This document shows positions 14,916-23,237 of a stretch of 33,589 nucleotides of DNA, one piece after another. Origin of the DNA: a virus; the IMG/VR virus record IMGVR_UViG_3300027822_000009. The stretch is one strand, 5' to 3'. A program made the position numbers and the translations under genes. The notes beneath the pieces were generated by a model that saw nothing but the letters and a program-made list of their open reading frames with translations, was not told the DNA's origin and did not search any database. Position 1 is the stretch's first letter. Each line of letters begins with the position of its first letter.

Positions 14916-15117
14916 GTTTGAGGTAAAAGGAAAGGTGTCAGACACCGAGTTTGTTGAGGTTAGATACACTAGTCGCAAAGAAGCTGGCAGTCCTGAGGTT
15001 TACTCTCGATGCCATAAACCATTTTATGCGCAGGAGCCTAGTTGGGAGCCTCCTGCTCCAGCGGAAATAGATTTCAGCGAGAGAGCTGTGGAGATTGTGT
15101 ACGGGGAGGATACCTGA
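14908..15117 (+). CDS. Hypothetical protein (69 aa)
   Basis: ATG 14908 after SD GGGGGAG, overlapping the upstream stop. Confidence 0.5.
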   Translation: MIEFEVKGKVSDTEFVEVRYTSRKEAGSPEVYSRCHKPFYAQEPSWEPPAPAEIDFSERAVEIVYGEDT

Positions 15118-15120
15118 TAG

Positions 15121-15528
15121 ATGTGTGATGAAAATCAAGATATAGAGGATGGGGTGCTGGAAGCACAAGTGCTCAGGGCGAACCTGGTTGGGGTGGTTTT
15201 TGATAGGGTTCAAATCGGGGCGAACCAGTTAGTTTTTATCGGTAAAGAATCTCTGGTTGCGATAGAGTCTGAGGACCTGGTGTCGGTGGAAGGGCGCGTG
15301 GAGAACCTAGAGAACACTAGCATCCTGGATGTTATGTGGCACCCCAGGAGAAATCTAAGGGGCTTGGTAAATAATTCAATGGGGGTACTGGTGATTGTTA
15401 GCTCCTTAGGAAGGTTGCGCACAGCCTGGGCAGATACGTGTTTTTGCGGGGGCTACTTAGAGATAACAGTTAAGCATCGCTGCAAGGAGTGTCGGTGCTA
15501 TACTATCCCCGGCGAAGGTTTAATCTAG
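15121..15528 (+). CDS. Hypothetical protein with a C-terminal Cys cluster (possible zinc ribbon)
   Basis: Track ORF. C-terminus is CFCGGYLEITVKHRCKECRCY. Confidence 0.5.
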   Translation: MCDENQDIEDGVLEAQVLRANLVGVVFDRVQIGANQLVFIGKESLVAIESEDLVSVEGRVENLENTSILDVMWHPRRNLRGLVNNSMGVLVIVSSLGRLRTAWADTCFCGGYLEITVKHRCKECRCYTIPGEGLI

Positions 15529-15565
15529 GAGGCTAGATAAACGGGATTTTGAGGAGAATTAATAC

Positions 15566-16030
15566 GTGCCGACAAATGAAAAAGAACCGCCCTTATGGAT
15601 AGGAAGAGTTACTGTCTTTGATGAGAATGGGAATATTGAGCTTCCTCAAGAGGGGCACGAGGATGATTATTGTAAATGGTCCCCTCTTGAAAGTTCTTCC
15701 TTTTTATGGGACCACCTTTTTGGGGGAGGGGGGAGTGGTGCGCGCTCGGAATTTATCCGTATAAAGAGAGGCTCTGAAAAAATAACTCTGTGCTGGCGGT
15801 TCGAAGATGTGGCGGCCTTGTCGAAGCCTGCCGAAAATCTAGGGTATGATTATATCTTTGTGGTAAAAATAGTGGATGAGGTAGCTCAGGAGAAGGGGGG
15901 GAGTTTTTATTTCTCATACTTCAGTTGTACAGAGCATTATCCGGATATAGAGAATAAAACTCGATTTGAATCTTTCTTTAGAAAGACTGTAGATTTCTTA
16001 TTGGAGAATGCAAACAATGCCGACACCTAA
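15566..16030 (+). CDS. Hypothetical protein (154 aa)
   Basis: GTG start 9 nt after SD GAGGAG. No recognisable motif. Confidence 0.5.
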   Translation: MPTNEKEPPLWIGRVTVFDENGNIELPQEGHEDDYCKWSPLESSSFLWDHLFGGGGSGARSEFIRIKRGSEKITLCWRFEDVAALSKPAENLGYDYIFVVKIVDEVAQEKGGSFYFSYFSCTEHYPDIENKTRFESFFRKTVDFLLENANNADT

Positions 16031-16544
16031 AAAATACAAAGAAACTTACCCCCAACTGTTGATAGACACCCTCTCAGCAGGTGATGGAATGGCTGAGTTT
16101 TGCTCTGAGGCCTCGATAGCAGCCTGTACGTTTTATGATTGGCTTAAGAAGTACAAAGAGTTTGATGCGGCTTATGGAATAGCTCGTATGAAGGGTTTAG
16201 CCTGGTGGGAGAGGAAAGCAAAGGGGAATCTAGATAATCCTAAGTTCAACGGGTTTATCTGGTCTCGTGTCATGCGCAACAGGCATCCGGATGTTTACAC
16301 AGACAAGGGGCGTAGGATTGAGGTTAAAAGATTGAAAGGCTTGCTAGCTAAGAACCCGAAAGCAACCCTAGATGAAAGAGCTGACGCCATTATGCATGAG
16401 TTAGCAGATGGAGAGATTACGGTTGAAGAAGCTGATAAGGCTATTAGCGTGATTAGAAGTCATGCTGAAATTAAGAAGGTCACTGAGCTTGAACAGATGG
16501 TAGAGGATATTACTGAGGCTTTGAAAAAGGATGGCAGGTTGTGA
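16008..16544 (+). CDS. Small-terminase-like HTH protein
   Basis: KKYKETYPQLLIDTLSAGDGMAEFCSEASIAACTFYDWLKKYKEFDAAYGIARMKGLAWWE...FNGFIWSRVMRNRH resembles the N-terminal HTH plus the W/F...MxN motif of many phage TerS proteins. The alternative start ATG 16017 has better SD spacing. Confidence 0.45.
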   Translation: MQTMPTPKKYKETYPQLLIDTLSAGDGMAEFCSEASIAACTFYDWLKKYKEFDAAYGIARMKGLAWWERKAKGNLDNPKFNGFIWSRVMRNRHPDVYTDKGRRIEVKRLKGLLAKNPKATLDERADAIMHELADGEITVEEADKAISVIRSHAEIKKVTELEQMVEDITEALKKDGRL

Positions 16545-17044
16545 TTGTTTATCCAGGTGATAGTGAGGACCCGGAAGAGAAAAAGAAAGAGTATTTTTCT
16601 CGTCTAAAGGCGCTAGAAGCTACGGAGCTTAAACTTGAGGGGTATCGGGTAATACGCCGGAATGAGGACTGTAAGAAGCGTTGGAGTGAGGGCTTTATCG
16701 AGAAAGCTTTCCAGTGGGTAACGGTTTATCCTGGGCACAGCCTTGTGACTGGGTATGCAGCGTGGTTTCAAGAGGTGGAAAGGCATCTGGAGAATCGCGC
16801 TTTTAATGACGATGACAGAGACTTGAAGGAGTTAAACAGATGGCTCTTAAAGAGTGGTATCTCGATTTACCCAAGCTTAAGGTGGATGTTTGTATGCTGG
16901 CCGGAATGGAACGCCCAGGTAGTAAAGTTGTGGGATAATAAATACGGGGACAGGTTTGTTGTTATGCCTACTGAGGTGGCGCTTCTTCATCGGGAGCGCT
17001 TGCTTGGGCTTATAGAGGGCGCTGAAAAGCCTGAAGGGCGCTAA
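16541..17044 (+). CDS. Hypothetical protein (167 aa)
   Basis: GTGA overlap with the upstream gene. Trp-rich, no recognisable motif. Confidence 0.5.
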   Translation: MIVYPGDSEDPEEKKKEYFSRLKALEATELKLEGYRVIRRNEDCKKRWSEGFIEKAFQWVTVYPGHSLVTGYAAWFQEVERHLENRAFNDDDRDLKELNRWLLKSGISIYPSLRWMFVCWPEWNAQVVKLWDNKYGDRFVVMPTEVALLHRERLLGLIEGAEKPEGR

Positions 17045-17057
17045 GGAGGGGGAAAAT

Positions 17058-17234
17058 ATGGATGAAGAATCTATTTCTAAGCTGCAGGAAGTTTACAACA
17101 CCCACAGAGAATGCTACTGGCTAACAGTGTGGGACCATAAGTTGCTATCTCCGGTTGAGCAAGAGCTGGTGGAAGGGTATAGGCGTCATGTCGATACCAG
17201 GTTTATAGAGCGGTTTTTACTGGAGGAGTCATAA
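17058..17234 (+). CDS. Hypothetical small protein (58 aa)
   Basis: SD GGAGGGGG upstream. Manual translation MDEESISKLQEVYNTHRECYWLTVWDHKLLSPVEQELVEGYRRHVDTRFIERFLLEES. Its stop overlaps the next start (TAATG). Confidence 0.5.
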   Translation: MDEESISKLQEVYNTHRECYWLTVWDHKLLSPVEQELVEGYRRHVDTRFIERFLLEES

Positions 17235-17575
17235 TGGAATGGGTTTACGCTTTATATGGATGGGGTGCCATAGTCGTGGTGTATCTTTTCTTTGATTTGG
17301 TGTCCACGCATCGAGACTGTGCTGAGATGAAAAGGCGCGAGGAACGGGATATGCAGCGCTCGCTGGAAGAGAGTAAAGCTCTCACCGAAAGAGCCAAGAA
17401 AGCCACGGACGATATTTTGAAATGCCAACTAAAAGCCCTCTTGCGTAAGCGGGAAAGAGAGTGGACGCGCTCACAAAGGCTCAAGCTAGTGAGGCCTCGC
17501 AGACATGAAAGACGAAGAAGGGCGCTGGCTAAGATGATAGCTCAGGAGCTGCATGAGTTGGGGGTGGAAGAATGA
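17234..17575 (+). CDS. Membrane-anchored coiled-coil protein with an Arg-rich tail (113 aa)
   Basis: N-terminal TM segment ALYGWGAIVVVYLFFDLV followed by a charged helical region. The topology resembles an i-spanin, but the gene lies far from the lysis cassette. Confidence 0.5.
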   Translation: MEWVYALYGWGAIVVVYLFFDLVSTHRDCAEMKRREERDMQRSLEESKALTERAKKATDDILKCQLKALLRKREREWTRSQRLKLVRPRRHERRRRALAKMIAQELHELGVEE

Positions 17576-18009
17576 AGAGAATCAAGATAGAGGTGAGGGA
17601 CGAAGACCGGGCAACGTGGGGAGATGACAGCGCTAATTGGGCGACTCTAAAGTTGCTCAAAAATAAAATGCAGGAGCTGATAGATGAAAGCAGGGTGATT
17701 CCAGATGATTGCCTTTTTAAGGTTCGGGTTGTAGAGAACTATTCGACAGTAGGATTTTACTTGGAGGGGGTAAAATGGGACGCCCCTATACACATCCCTA
17801 TAAACGAATACTTCGGAGAGGTCTACACTCAGGAGCAGCGGGTGGCTCGGAATAGAAGGTGGAGAGATTTGGTGCTGGAAGGGGTTAAAGAGGCGGTATG
17901 GCGCATAGAGGACTGTTTTACTTATCACGCCCGGATAAAAGAAGGGGTTGATTGCAGGCAAGAAGTATTTGATGAGGCTAAAGCTAAGAAGTGCAAGGAA
18001 GGTGAGTAG
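17572..18009 (+). CDS. Hypothetical protein (145 aa)
   Basis: ATGA overlap with the upstream gene. No recognisable motif. Confidence 0.5.
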   Translation: MKRIKIEVRDEDRATWGDDSANWATLKLLKNKMQELIDESRVIPDDCLFKVRVVENYSTVGFYLEGVKWDAPIHIPINEYFGEVYTQEQRVARNRRWRDLVLEGVKEAVWRIEDCFTYHARIKEGVDCRQEVFDEAKAKKCKEGE

Positions 18010-18343
18010 TGCAAAAATAAAAGTTGGCGATGCTCTTAAGAGGTATGAGGTTGCAACAAAGCTGGTAGTGATGGCTAGAGCAATAGAGCCCCTAGTGGAG
18101 AAATTCTATGGTTCAAAAAGCGTGTGGGAAGGGCTGTCTGGATGCGCGCTAAGCTTGCATGAATATAATACTTTAAAAGGCATTCTCGTGCTTGATTTCC
18201 GGTGGAAGGGTGCAACGTGGGTTACATCAACTTTTGTAGATGTAGAGGGTATTGCTTCAGGGTGCGAAATGATAAATGGGAATCTACCTGAAAAGCTAGC
18301 CGAGGCCTTAGTGAGAAGAGTGGAGGGAAGAGATGATGAGTAG
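17972..18343 (+). CDS. Hypothetical protein
   Basis: Track ORF 17948..18343 starts at a TTG. Plausible starts are ATG 17972 or GTG 18002, so the start is uncertain. Confidence 0.4.
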   Translation: MRLKLRSARKVSSAKIKVGDALKRYEVATKLVVMARAIEPLVEKFYGSKSVWEGLSGCALSLHEYNTLKGILVLDFRWKGATWVTSTFVDVEGIASGCEMINGNLPEKLAEALVRRVEGRDDE

Positions 18344-18656
18344 AGTAGCGATTGGTAATAATATTATGGATACGGACCCTGCCTGGGGTCCCGAGGTTAA
18401 GTTAAGACTTTCAACTATTTTGGAGGCTGAATTTAAAGCCGAGTTAGATAGTGGGGAAATGAAGAATATCGATATTGCCGCGTGGGAGAAAATATCGCCT
18501 GTCCGAGTCACCAGGCTTGCTCAAGTTAAAATGGAGGCGGCAGGGTCTGGCTGGGTTACAGCCATGCTTTATGATGAGTCAAATGAAGGCAGGGATTTTA
18601 TTCGCCCTCTCCGGAATAGGTTGAGGCAATTAAGAGGGGAGATAGAAGAAGAGTGA
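18333..18656 (+). CDS. Hypothetical protein (107 aa)
   Basis: SD GGAGGG 5 nt upstream, overlapping the upstream stop. Confidence 0.5.
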   Translation: MMSRVAIGNNIMDTDPAWGPEVKLRLSTILEAEFKAELDSGEMKNIDIAAWEKISPVRVTRLAQVKMEAAGSGWVTAMLYDESNEGRDFIRPLRNRLRQLRGEIEEE

Positions 18657-19063
18657 GTGTAAGCAGAGATGAAGCATGGGTCGAAAGACGCGTGAATAGG
18701 TTCATGGTGGGGTTGATTGGCCGGTTCCCGACTTATAAGCATATCGAATGGGTAATAGAGGACAACCTAAGTTTTGTGCCCACCCTTCTAGTTTGGTGGG
18801 TCAGGAGCCCCCATGGGATTGTTACCGACCCTTCCCGCGATAATATGATGCTACATACCGATGCAGAAGAAATAGCTGCGTCCCCTCGGGGGAGAAGAGA
18901 GATACTGGAAGAGATTGCCAAGCCATCCCCAATTCACCCTAGATTCTTCTTTATCCCTCAGATTAGGATGAAGGATTATTTAAAAACAGGGGGTAAATTC
19001 AAGATGAAGTACGGAATAGCAGGGATGTGCCGGACTGTGATTAGCCGGGGGAAAGGCGAATGA
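18653..19063 (+). CDS. Hypothetical protein (136 aa)
   Basis: GTGA overlap with the upstream gene. Confidence 0.5.
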   Translation: MSVSRDEAWVERRVNRFMVGLIGRFPTYKHIEWVIEDNLSFVPTLLVWWVRSPHGIVTDPSRDNMMLHTDAEEIAASPRGRREILEEIAKPSPIHPRFFFIPQIRMKDYLKTGGKFKMKYGIAGMCRTVISRGKGE

Positions 19064-19111
19064 GCGAGTTAACTAGAGAAAAGTTGATGAGCGCCCTTAA
19101 GGAGCATGAGG

Positions 19112-19417
19112 ATGAAAGTTAAAATACGAAGGGGTACTCCACGTCGTACTCGGGGGTACGTTAACAGGATTGCGAAAGGGCTTGAACAAAATCTTATACA
19201 AGCTAAAGTTAGAGAAGAAATAGAAAGTCCTAGGCTTACATTTTGCTGGTTCCTCAATCTTGATTATGCTCTTCAATTTGAGTTCACCTATAAACAGGAG
19301 GAGTGGACAACCAGGATTATGCTGGATTTCTTGAATCAAGAAATCCAGGTAGAACAGCTTATTGAGTATTTTTCTTCGAAAGTTATAAGCAAGGTGAAGG
19401 GAGAGGATGAAGAATGA
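19112..19417 (+). CDS. Hypothetical protein (101 aa)
   Basis: ATG 19112 lies 7 nt after SD AAGGAG; the track ATG at 19106 is too close to the SD. Confidence 0.5.
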   Translation: MKVKIRRGTPRRTRGYVNRIAKGLEQNLIQAKVREEIESPRLTFCWFLNLDYALQFEFTYKQEEWTTRIMLDFLNQEIQVEQLIEYFSSKVISKVKGEDEE

Positions 19418-19869
19418 TTATTAGCCAAATAGAGAAGATTTTAGATGTGGATGTGGATTGGGTATGGAATGAGAAGCTTAACCGGCATTGCTTGAGCTCT
19501 ACGTGGCTTTTGCTTAAGCCAAAAACCTCTGATAGTAAAGAGCTATTGAGCAAGACCAGGGTTAGGTTCTACCCTGATGGCTTTGTATCCATCTATACTA
19601 CGGGTATTAATTACTTTGGCAGCTCAAATATGTCCATGACCAAGCATCTTTTTGAGGAAAAGAATTTCACCGCAGATAATATAATATGGCGAAGAAGCAG
19701 GCATGGGAAAAGATTAATTATTGAGGACAAGATTGGCGGCCTTAAGGCTGAGATATTGGTTTTTAGGTCCGGGGCGCTTGCGTCAAGAGGCTTGGTGAGA
19801 TGGGTTGGAACTTGGGACTCGAAAGAAAGAGATTTTAAGTGGTACTGGAAGAAGGATTCTCACAAATGA
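19414..19869 (+). CDS. Hypothetical protein (151 aa)
   Basis: ATGA overlap with the upstream gene. Confidence 0.5.
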   Translation: MIISQIEKILDVDVDWVWNEKLNRHCLSSTWLLLKPKTSDSKELLSKTRVRFYPDGFVSIYTTGINYFGSSNMSMTKHLFEEKNFTADNIIWRRSRHGKRLIIEDKIGGLKAEILVFRSGALASRGLVRWVGTWDSKERDFKWYWKKDSHK

Positions 19870-20006
19870 ACCTCCAAAAGATTAGAAAAATGCACAAGCA
19901 AGTTATCCACCCTGAGGTGATAGAGTTCTTGATTGGGAATAAGAAGAAGGTGGCGTCGCTTAAGAGAAAGAAGAGTGATACGGTTTTTGTGGTTTTGGTT
20001 TTATGA
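19866..20006 (+). CDS. Hypothetical mini-protein (46 aa)
   Basis: ATGA overlap with the upstream gene. Manual translation MNLQKIRKMHKQVIHPEVIEFLIGNKKKVASLKRKKSDTVFVVLVL. It fills an otherwise empty gap. Confidence 0.35.
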   Translation: MNLQKIRKMHKQVIHPEVIEFLIGNKKKVASLKRKKSDTVFVVLVL

Positions 20007-20015
20007 GGGGGTAAT

Positions 20016-20426
20016 ATGTTTTCAGTGGTATGGGTAAAAAGTTCAGAGGCACTCGAAGGTTGGCCTGCGGGAAAAACTTTAATGTATCGGGCGCTAAGCA
20101 CAGCCTTAGAAATCCAGGTAAGAACAAGTGGAATAAAAGGGTTAAAAAAAGAAGAGCTCACCTGTTATGCCTTTTATATTTATTTTGAGCCTTTTCAGGT
20201 GCCCTGGTTTAGTTTTCGCCCTGAGCTGACTCATGTGGGGAAGGGTATAACTAGCATGCTAGACCTAAGTGATGAGGGCGTAGATTATAGCGGGGTTGAA
20301 GGCATGCAGGGTCCGGATAGGGTGCATCATGCCATTAAGGAGGCTGGCAAGGTTGTTTGTTTTTTAGAGGAAGAGATAGAGAGGAGGGGAAGAGTAAAAG
20401 GTGATAATATTATTGACTCTGATTAA
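20016..20426 (+). CDS. Hypothetical protein (136 aa)
   Basis: SD GAGGGGG upstream. Last gene of the early block. Confidence 0.5.
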   Translation: MFSVVWVKSSEALEGWPAGKTLMYRALSTALEIQVRTSGIKGLKKEELTCYAFYIYFEPFQVPWFSFRPELTHVGKGITSMLDLSDEGVDYSGVEGMQGPDRVHHAIKEAGKVVCFLEEEIERRGRVKGDNIIDSD

Positions 20427-20441
20427 TTATTGGTTTAAAGT
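20413..20441 (+). promoter_or_regulatory. Candidate promoter for the late operon
   Basis: TTGACT (20413-20418), 17-nt spacer, TAAAGT (20436-20441), at the early/late boundary. Confidence 0.3.
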
Positions 20442-20487
20442 TCGTACCCCGCCAATAGGGGTGGGTGTTAACTCACAAGGGTACTCC

Positions 20488-20739
20488 ATGTCTTCAATCG
20501 ATAATGTCTGCGCTTTAGCGGCAGGCCAAATTGCTCCAAGTATCTATGTTGTCTCAGCTGTAGGCGGCGTATTTTTTATTATGTGTTTAGCTGTAGCTAT
20601 ATGCTTAACAGTTGAACGGTTTCGTTCTAATTTATCATTAGTATTGTCTCTGGGCGGTGTAGCTCTGGCGGTCGCTTGTTTCACGCAGATTCTAGTGATG
20701 GCTGACACCTTGATGGCTATGTCTTCATTGGGCTGCTAA
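20488..20739 (+). CDS. Hypothetical membrane protein (83 aa, 2-3 TM)
   Basis: The ATG at 20488 is the first Met before the hydrophobic core. The track N-terminal extension from 20401 overlaps the upstream gene. Confidence 0.45.
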   Translation: MSSIDNVCALAAGQIAPSIYVVSAVGGVFFIMCLAVAICLTVERFRSNLSLVLSLGGVALAVACFTQILVMADTLMAMSSLGC

Positions 20740-20748
20740 GAGTAGAGC

Positions 20749-21186
20749 TTGAAGTACTGGGTAATATTCAGGTCAAGCTCTTTATGGCACCAGGCTTACT
20801 GTAAGCCTGGGTTCGGCCACTGCTTCCTCATTACAAAAGATGACTTCAACTGGACCCTTATCGACCCCGGCACGGACAGGCTTAATGTTAAAATATTAGA
20901 CTGTCCTGCCTCTTTTGATTTACCGAGTGGAATAATTCTCGAGTCTGAAAAAGAGGGGCAACCAATAAAGGTAGTTGAGGTAGATATTAATGAGGATAGA
21001 GGATACAAGCTCTATTTTCACTCTATATTCAGCCTCCCCTTCCTGAATTGCGTAAATATGGTCAAGTATGTACTTGGCTCACCTCTCAAGGGTTTGACTC
21101 CTTATAAATTATGGAAAGGTTTATTTGAATGCGAAAGGAAAAGCAAGTATCCTTATTCAATAACCAGGATTCAAACATTGAATTAG
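20749..21186 (+). CDS. Hypothetical protein with H-box/NC-like motifs (permuted NlpC/P60 / LRAT-like candidate)
   Basis: GHCFLI (His24) and, 77 residues later, LNCVNMVKYVLG (Cys101) resemble the H-box and NCEHFV motifs. TTG start. Confidence 0.3.
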   Translation: MKYWVIFRSSSLWHQAYCKPGFGHCFLITKDDFNWTLIDPGTDRLNVKILDCPASFDLPSGIILESEKEGQPIKVVEVDINEDRGYKLYFHSIFSLPFLNCVNMVKYVLGSPLKGLTPYKLWKGLFECERKSKYPYSITRIQTLN

Positions 21187-21195
21187 GAGATTCTT

Positions 21196-21438
21196 ATGGG
21201 TGATATTACCGGAAGCAGGGCTAGGAAAGATGCCAAGAGAGACAGGCGGGCTGCTCAGGCAGAGCTCGCAGATGCAAAGAGAGTCGAGAGCCAAAAAAAG
21301 AAAAAATTAGATTCAGAAAGAGTGAGGCTCCTTCGAGCTCGTTCTAGTCGTACGCCTTTGGATGTTATCGATTCCAAGACTACAGGCGGCGCGCAGCAAC
21401 AGATTCCAAATAGAACATTAAGCTCATTGCTAGGGTAG
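21196..21438 (+). CDS. Small basic protein upstream of the portal (80 aa)
   Basis: SD AGGAG upstream. Lys/Arg-rich coiled segment. Confidence 0.55.
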   Translation: MGDITGSRARKDAKRDRRAAQAELADAKRVESQKKKKLDSERVRLLRARSSRTPLDVIDSKTTGGAQQQIPNRTLSSLLG

Positions 21439-21441
21439 TAC

Positions 21442-22980
21442 ATGTTAGATAACAAGATTTTTGCTCGGTACGCCGAAGCTAAAGCCAGGGCTATGGAGTG
21501 GCGAAGCCTACTTGAAGATGCTTATCTTTTCTCTCAGCCGCACCGATACACCTTTGGCGTTATAACTCCAGGTCAAAGAGAAGAGGCTAGGGTATTCGAT
21601 ACCACCATGGTAAAGGCCGTTATAACTTTCGCATCCAAAATGCAATCTCTTTTAACTCCGGCAGGGGTGTGGTGGGTGAAGCTTATATCAGGAAAGGACA
21701 TCCCGGAGAACTTGCAACACGATATAAATAAGAAGTTAGAGGCGGCGACAAAGAGGATTTTTGAGTATATTCATGCTTCCAATTTTGACCTTGCTGTTAA
21801 CGAATCTTATTTTGACCTTGCTGTGGGTACAGCTGCAGTTACATGTGTTGAGGGTGATGATGAAAACCCTCTTATTTTCACGGTGGTTCCTATTGAAACT
21901 TTCTACCCTGAAGAGGGGCCGTTTGGAACGATTGAGACCGTGTGGAGAGATTTTAATCGCATCCCAATTAGGAATATAAAGTTTATGTGGCCCGGCGCCA
22001 AGCTTACTGCGGCGATGGAAGAGGCGGTTAGAGGAGATATCACGGCTGTTACTGAGCTGATTGAAGGGACTATATTTGACGAAAAGACCAAGATGTATAA
22101 GTTCATGTTGCTCACATCTGGCTCTAGAGATATTCTTTTAGAGGAGGAGTCTTCATCATCTCGTTGGATTGTTTATCGATGGTCCAAGAGGAGCACTGAA
22201 GTTCTAGGCAGGGGCCCGGTAATAAATGCTCTTCCATCTATGCTAAGCCTTAATGAGCTAGCTAGATTTGAATTTAAAAGTGGAGCGCTTAAGGTGGCCC
22301 CTCCATTGATGGCTTTTAATGATGGAGTATTAAATCCATTCAATGTAAAAGTCGAGCCCAATACTATAATCTCAGTAAATCAAACTGGCTCAGGTGGCTG
22401 GCCTTTGCAGCCTCTGCAGTTCGATAGTAATGTTAATTTTTCGTTGGAGCTGCGCGAGAACTTGATGAGCCAGGTTAATTCCCTCATGTTTGCAGACCCC
22501 TTGGGGCCCATTAACTCCCCAGCAAAAACAGCCACAGAAATATCTATTAGGAATCAAGCTCTCATCGAAGAGATTGGACCGGCTTTTGGGCGCCTTCAGG
22601 TGGAGTTCTTGCCGAAGATTATTGACCGCGTAGTGTTTATTCTTAAGAAGAAAGGATTATTCCCTGATATCAAGATAGATGGAAAACAAGTTGCCCTGTC
22701 CTACGAGTCTCCTATTAACCGCAGAGAGGAAGAAGCGGAGCTTTCAAGGTTCACGCGATACCTTGAGGTTATGCAGGCGGCTGTTGGCCCTGAACTCGCC
22801 CTTGGAGGGGTGAATGCAGCTCAACTTAGTGAGTGGGTAGGAGAGAAGTTGGGTGTAGACCCTATCTTGATAAAGGATGCAGCACAGGTTCAAGATACGA
22901 TTGACCAGGCACAGGCACAGGCGCAAGGAGAGCAGCCTGAGGAAGAAGAAGGCAACCCAGAGGAGGGTGATTTAGTATGA
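21442..22980 (+). CDS. Portal (head-to-tail connector) protein, T7 gp8 type
   Basis: 512 aa. The N-terminal pattern ARYAEAKARAMEWRSLLEDAYLFSQPHRYTF...VFDTTMVKAVITFASKMQSLLTPAGVWWVKL matches the podoviral Head-tail_con family. Acidic C-terminus. Located upstream of scaffold and capsid. Confidence 0.8.
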   Translation: MLDNKIFARYAEAKARAMEWRSLLEDAYLFSQPHRYTFGVITPGQREEARVFDTTMVKAVITFASKMQSLLTPAGVWWVKLISGKDIPENLQHDINKKLEAATKRIFEYIHASNFDLAVNESYFDLAVGTAAVTCVEGDDENPLIFTVVPIETFYPEEGPFGTIETVWRDFNRIPIRNIKFMWPGAKLTAAMEEAVRGDITAVTELIEGTIFDEKTKMYKFMLLTSGSRDILLEEESSSSRWIVYRWSKRSTEVLGRGPVINALPSMLSLNELARFEFKSGALKVAPPLMAFNDGVLNPFNVKVEPNTIISVNQTGSGGWPLQPLQFDSNVNFSLELRENLMSQVNSLMFADPLGPINSPAKTATEISIRNQALIEEIGPAFGRLQVEFLPKIIDRVVFILKKKGLFPDIKIDGKQVALSYESPINRREEEAELSRFTRYLEVMQAAVGPELALGGVNAAQLSEWVGEKLGVDPILIKDAAQVQDTIDQAQAQAQGEQPEEEEGNPEEGDLV

Positions 22981-23237
22981 CAAAAGAAAGTGAATACTCG
23001 AGTGAGTATAAGAGTGCAAACACGGATGCGGATGATAAAACGCTGCATTACGCGAGGTGCATTAAGAGGCTATTCTCTTCGGATGAAGGGAAGGCAGTCT
23101 TGGATTTGTGGAGAGAGAATTATTTGGAAGCCCCGGTTTTGCCAATCCATGAGAATGAAAATTTTGGGCGCACCCGAGAGGGTCAAAATACCCTGATTCG
23201 AGAGGTCTTACACCTACTTAAAGGAGATATATCATGA
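22977..23237 (+). CDS. Small conserved head-module protein (tentatively Bbp19-like)
   Basis: LFSSDEGKAVLDLWRENYL...GRTREGQNTLIREVLHLL recalls a small family found between portal and scaffold in BPP-1-type podophages. From memory only. Confidence 0.3.
   Translation: MTKESEYSSEYKSANTDADDKTLHYARCIKRLFSSDEGKAVLDLWRENYLEAPVLPIHENENFGRTREGQNTLIREVLHLLKGDIS

Noticed and set aside
19060-19119. 19-aa ORF (MSELTREKLMSALKEHEDES) bridging two early genes with ATGA-type overlaps
   Set aside because: It is too short to support as a gene from sequence alone. It may merely aid translational coupling.
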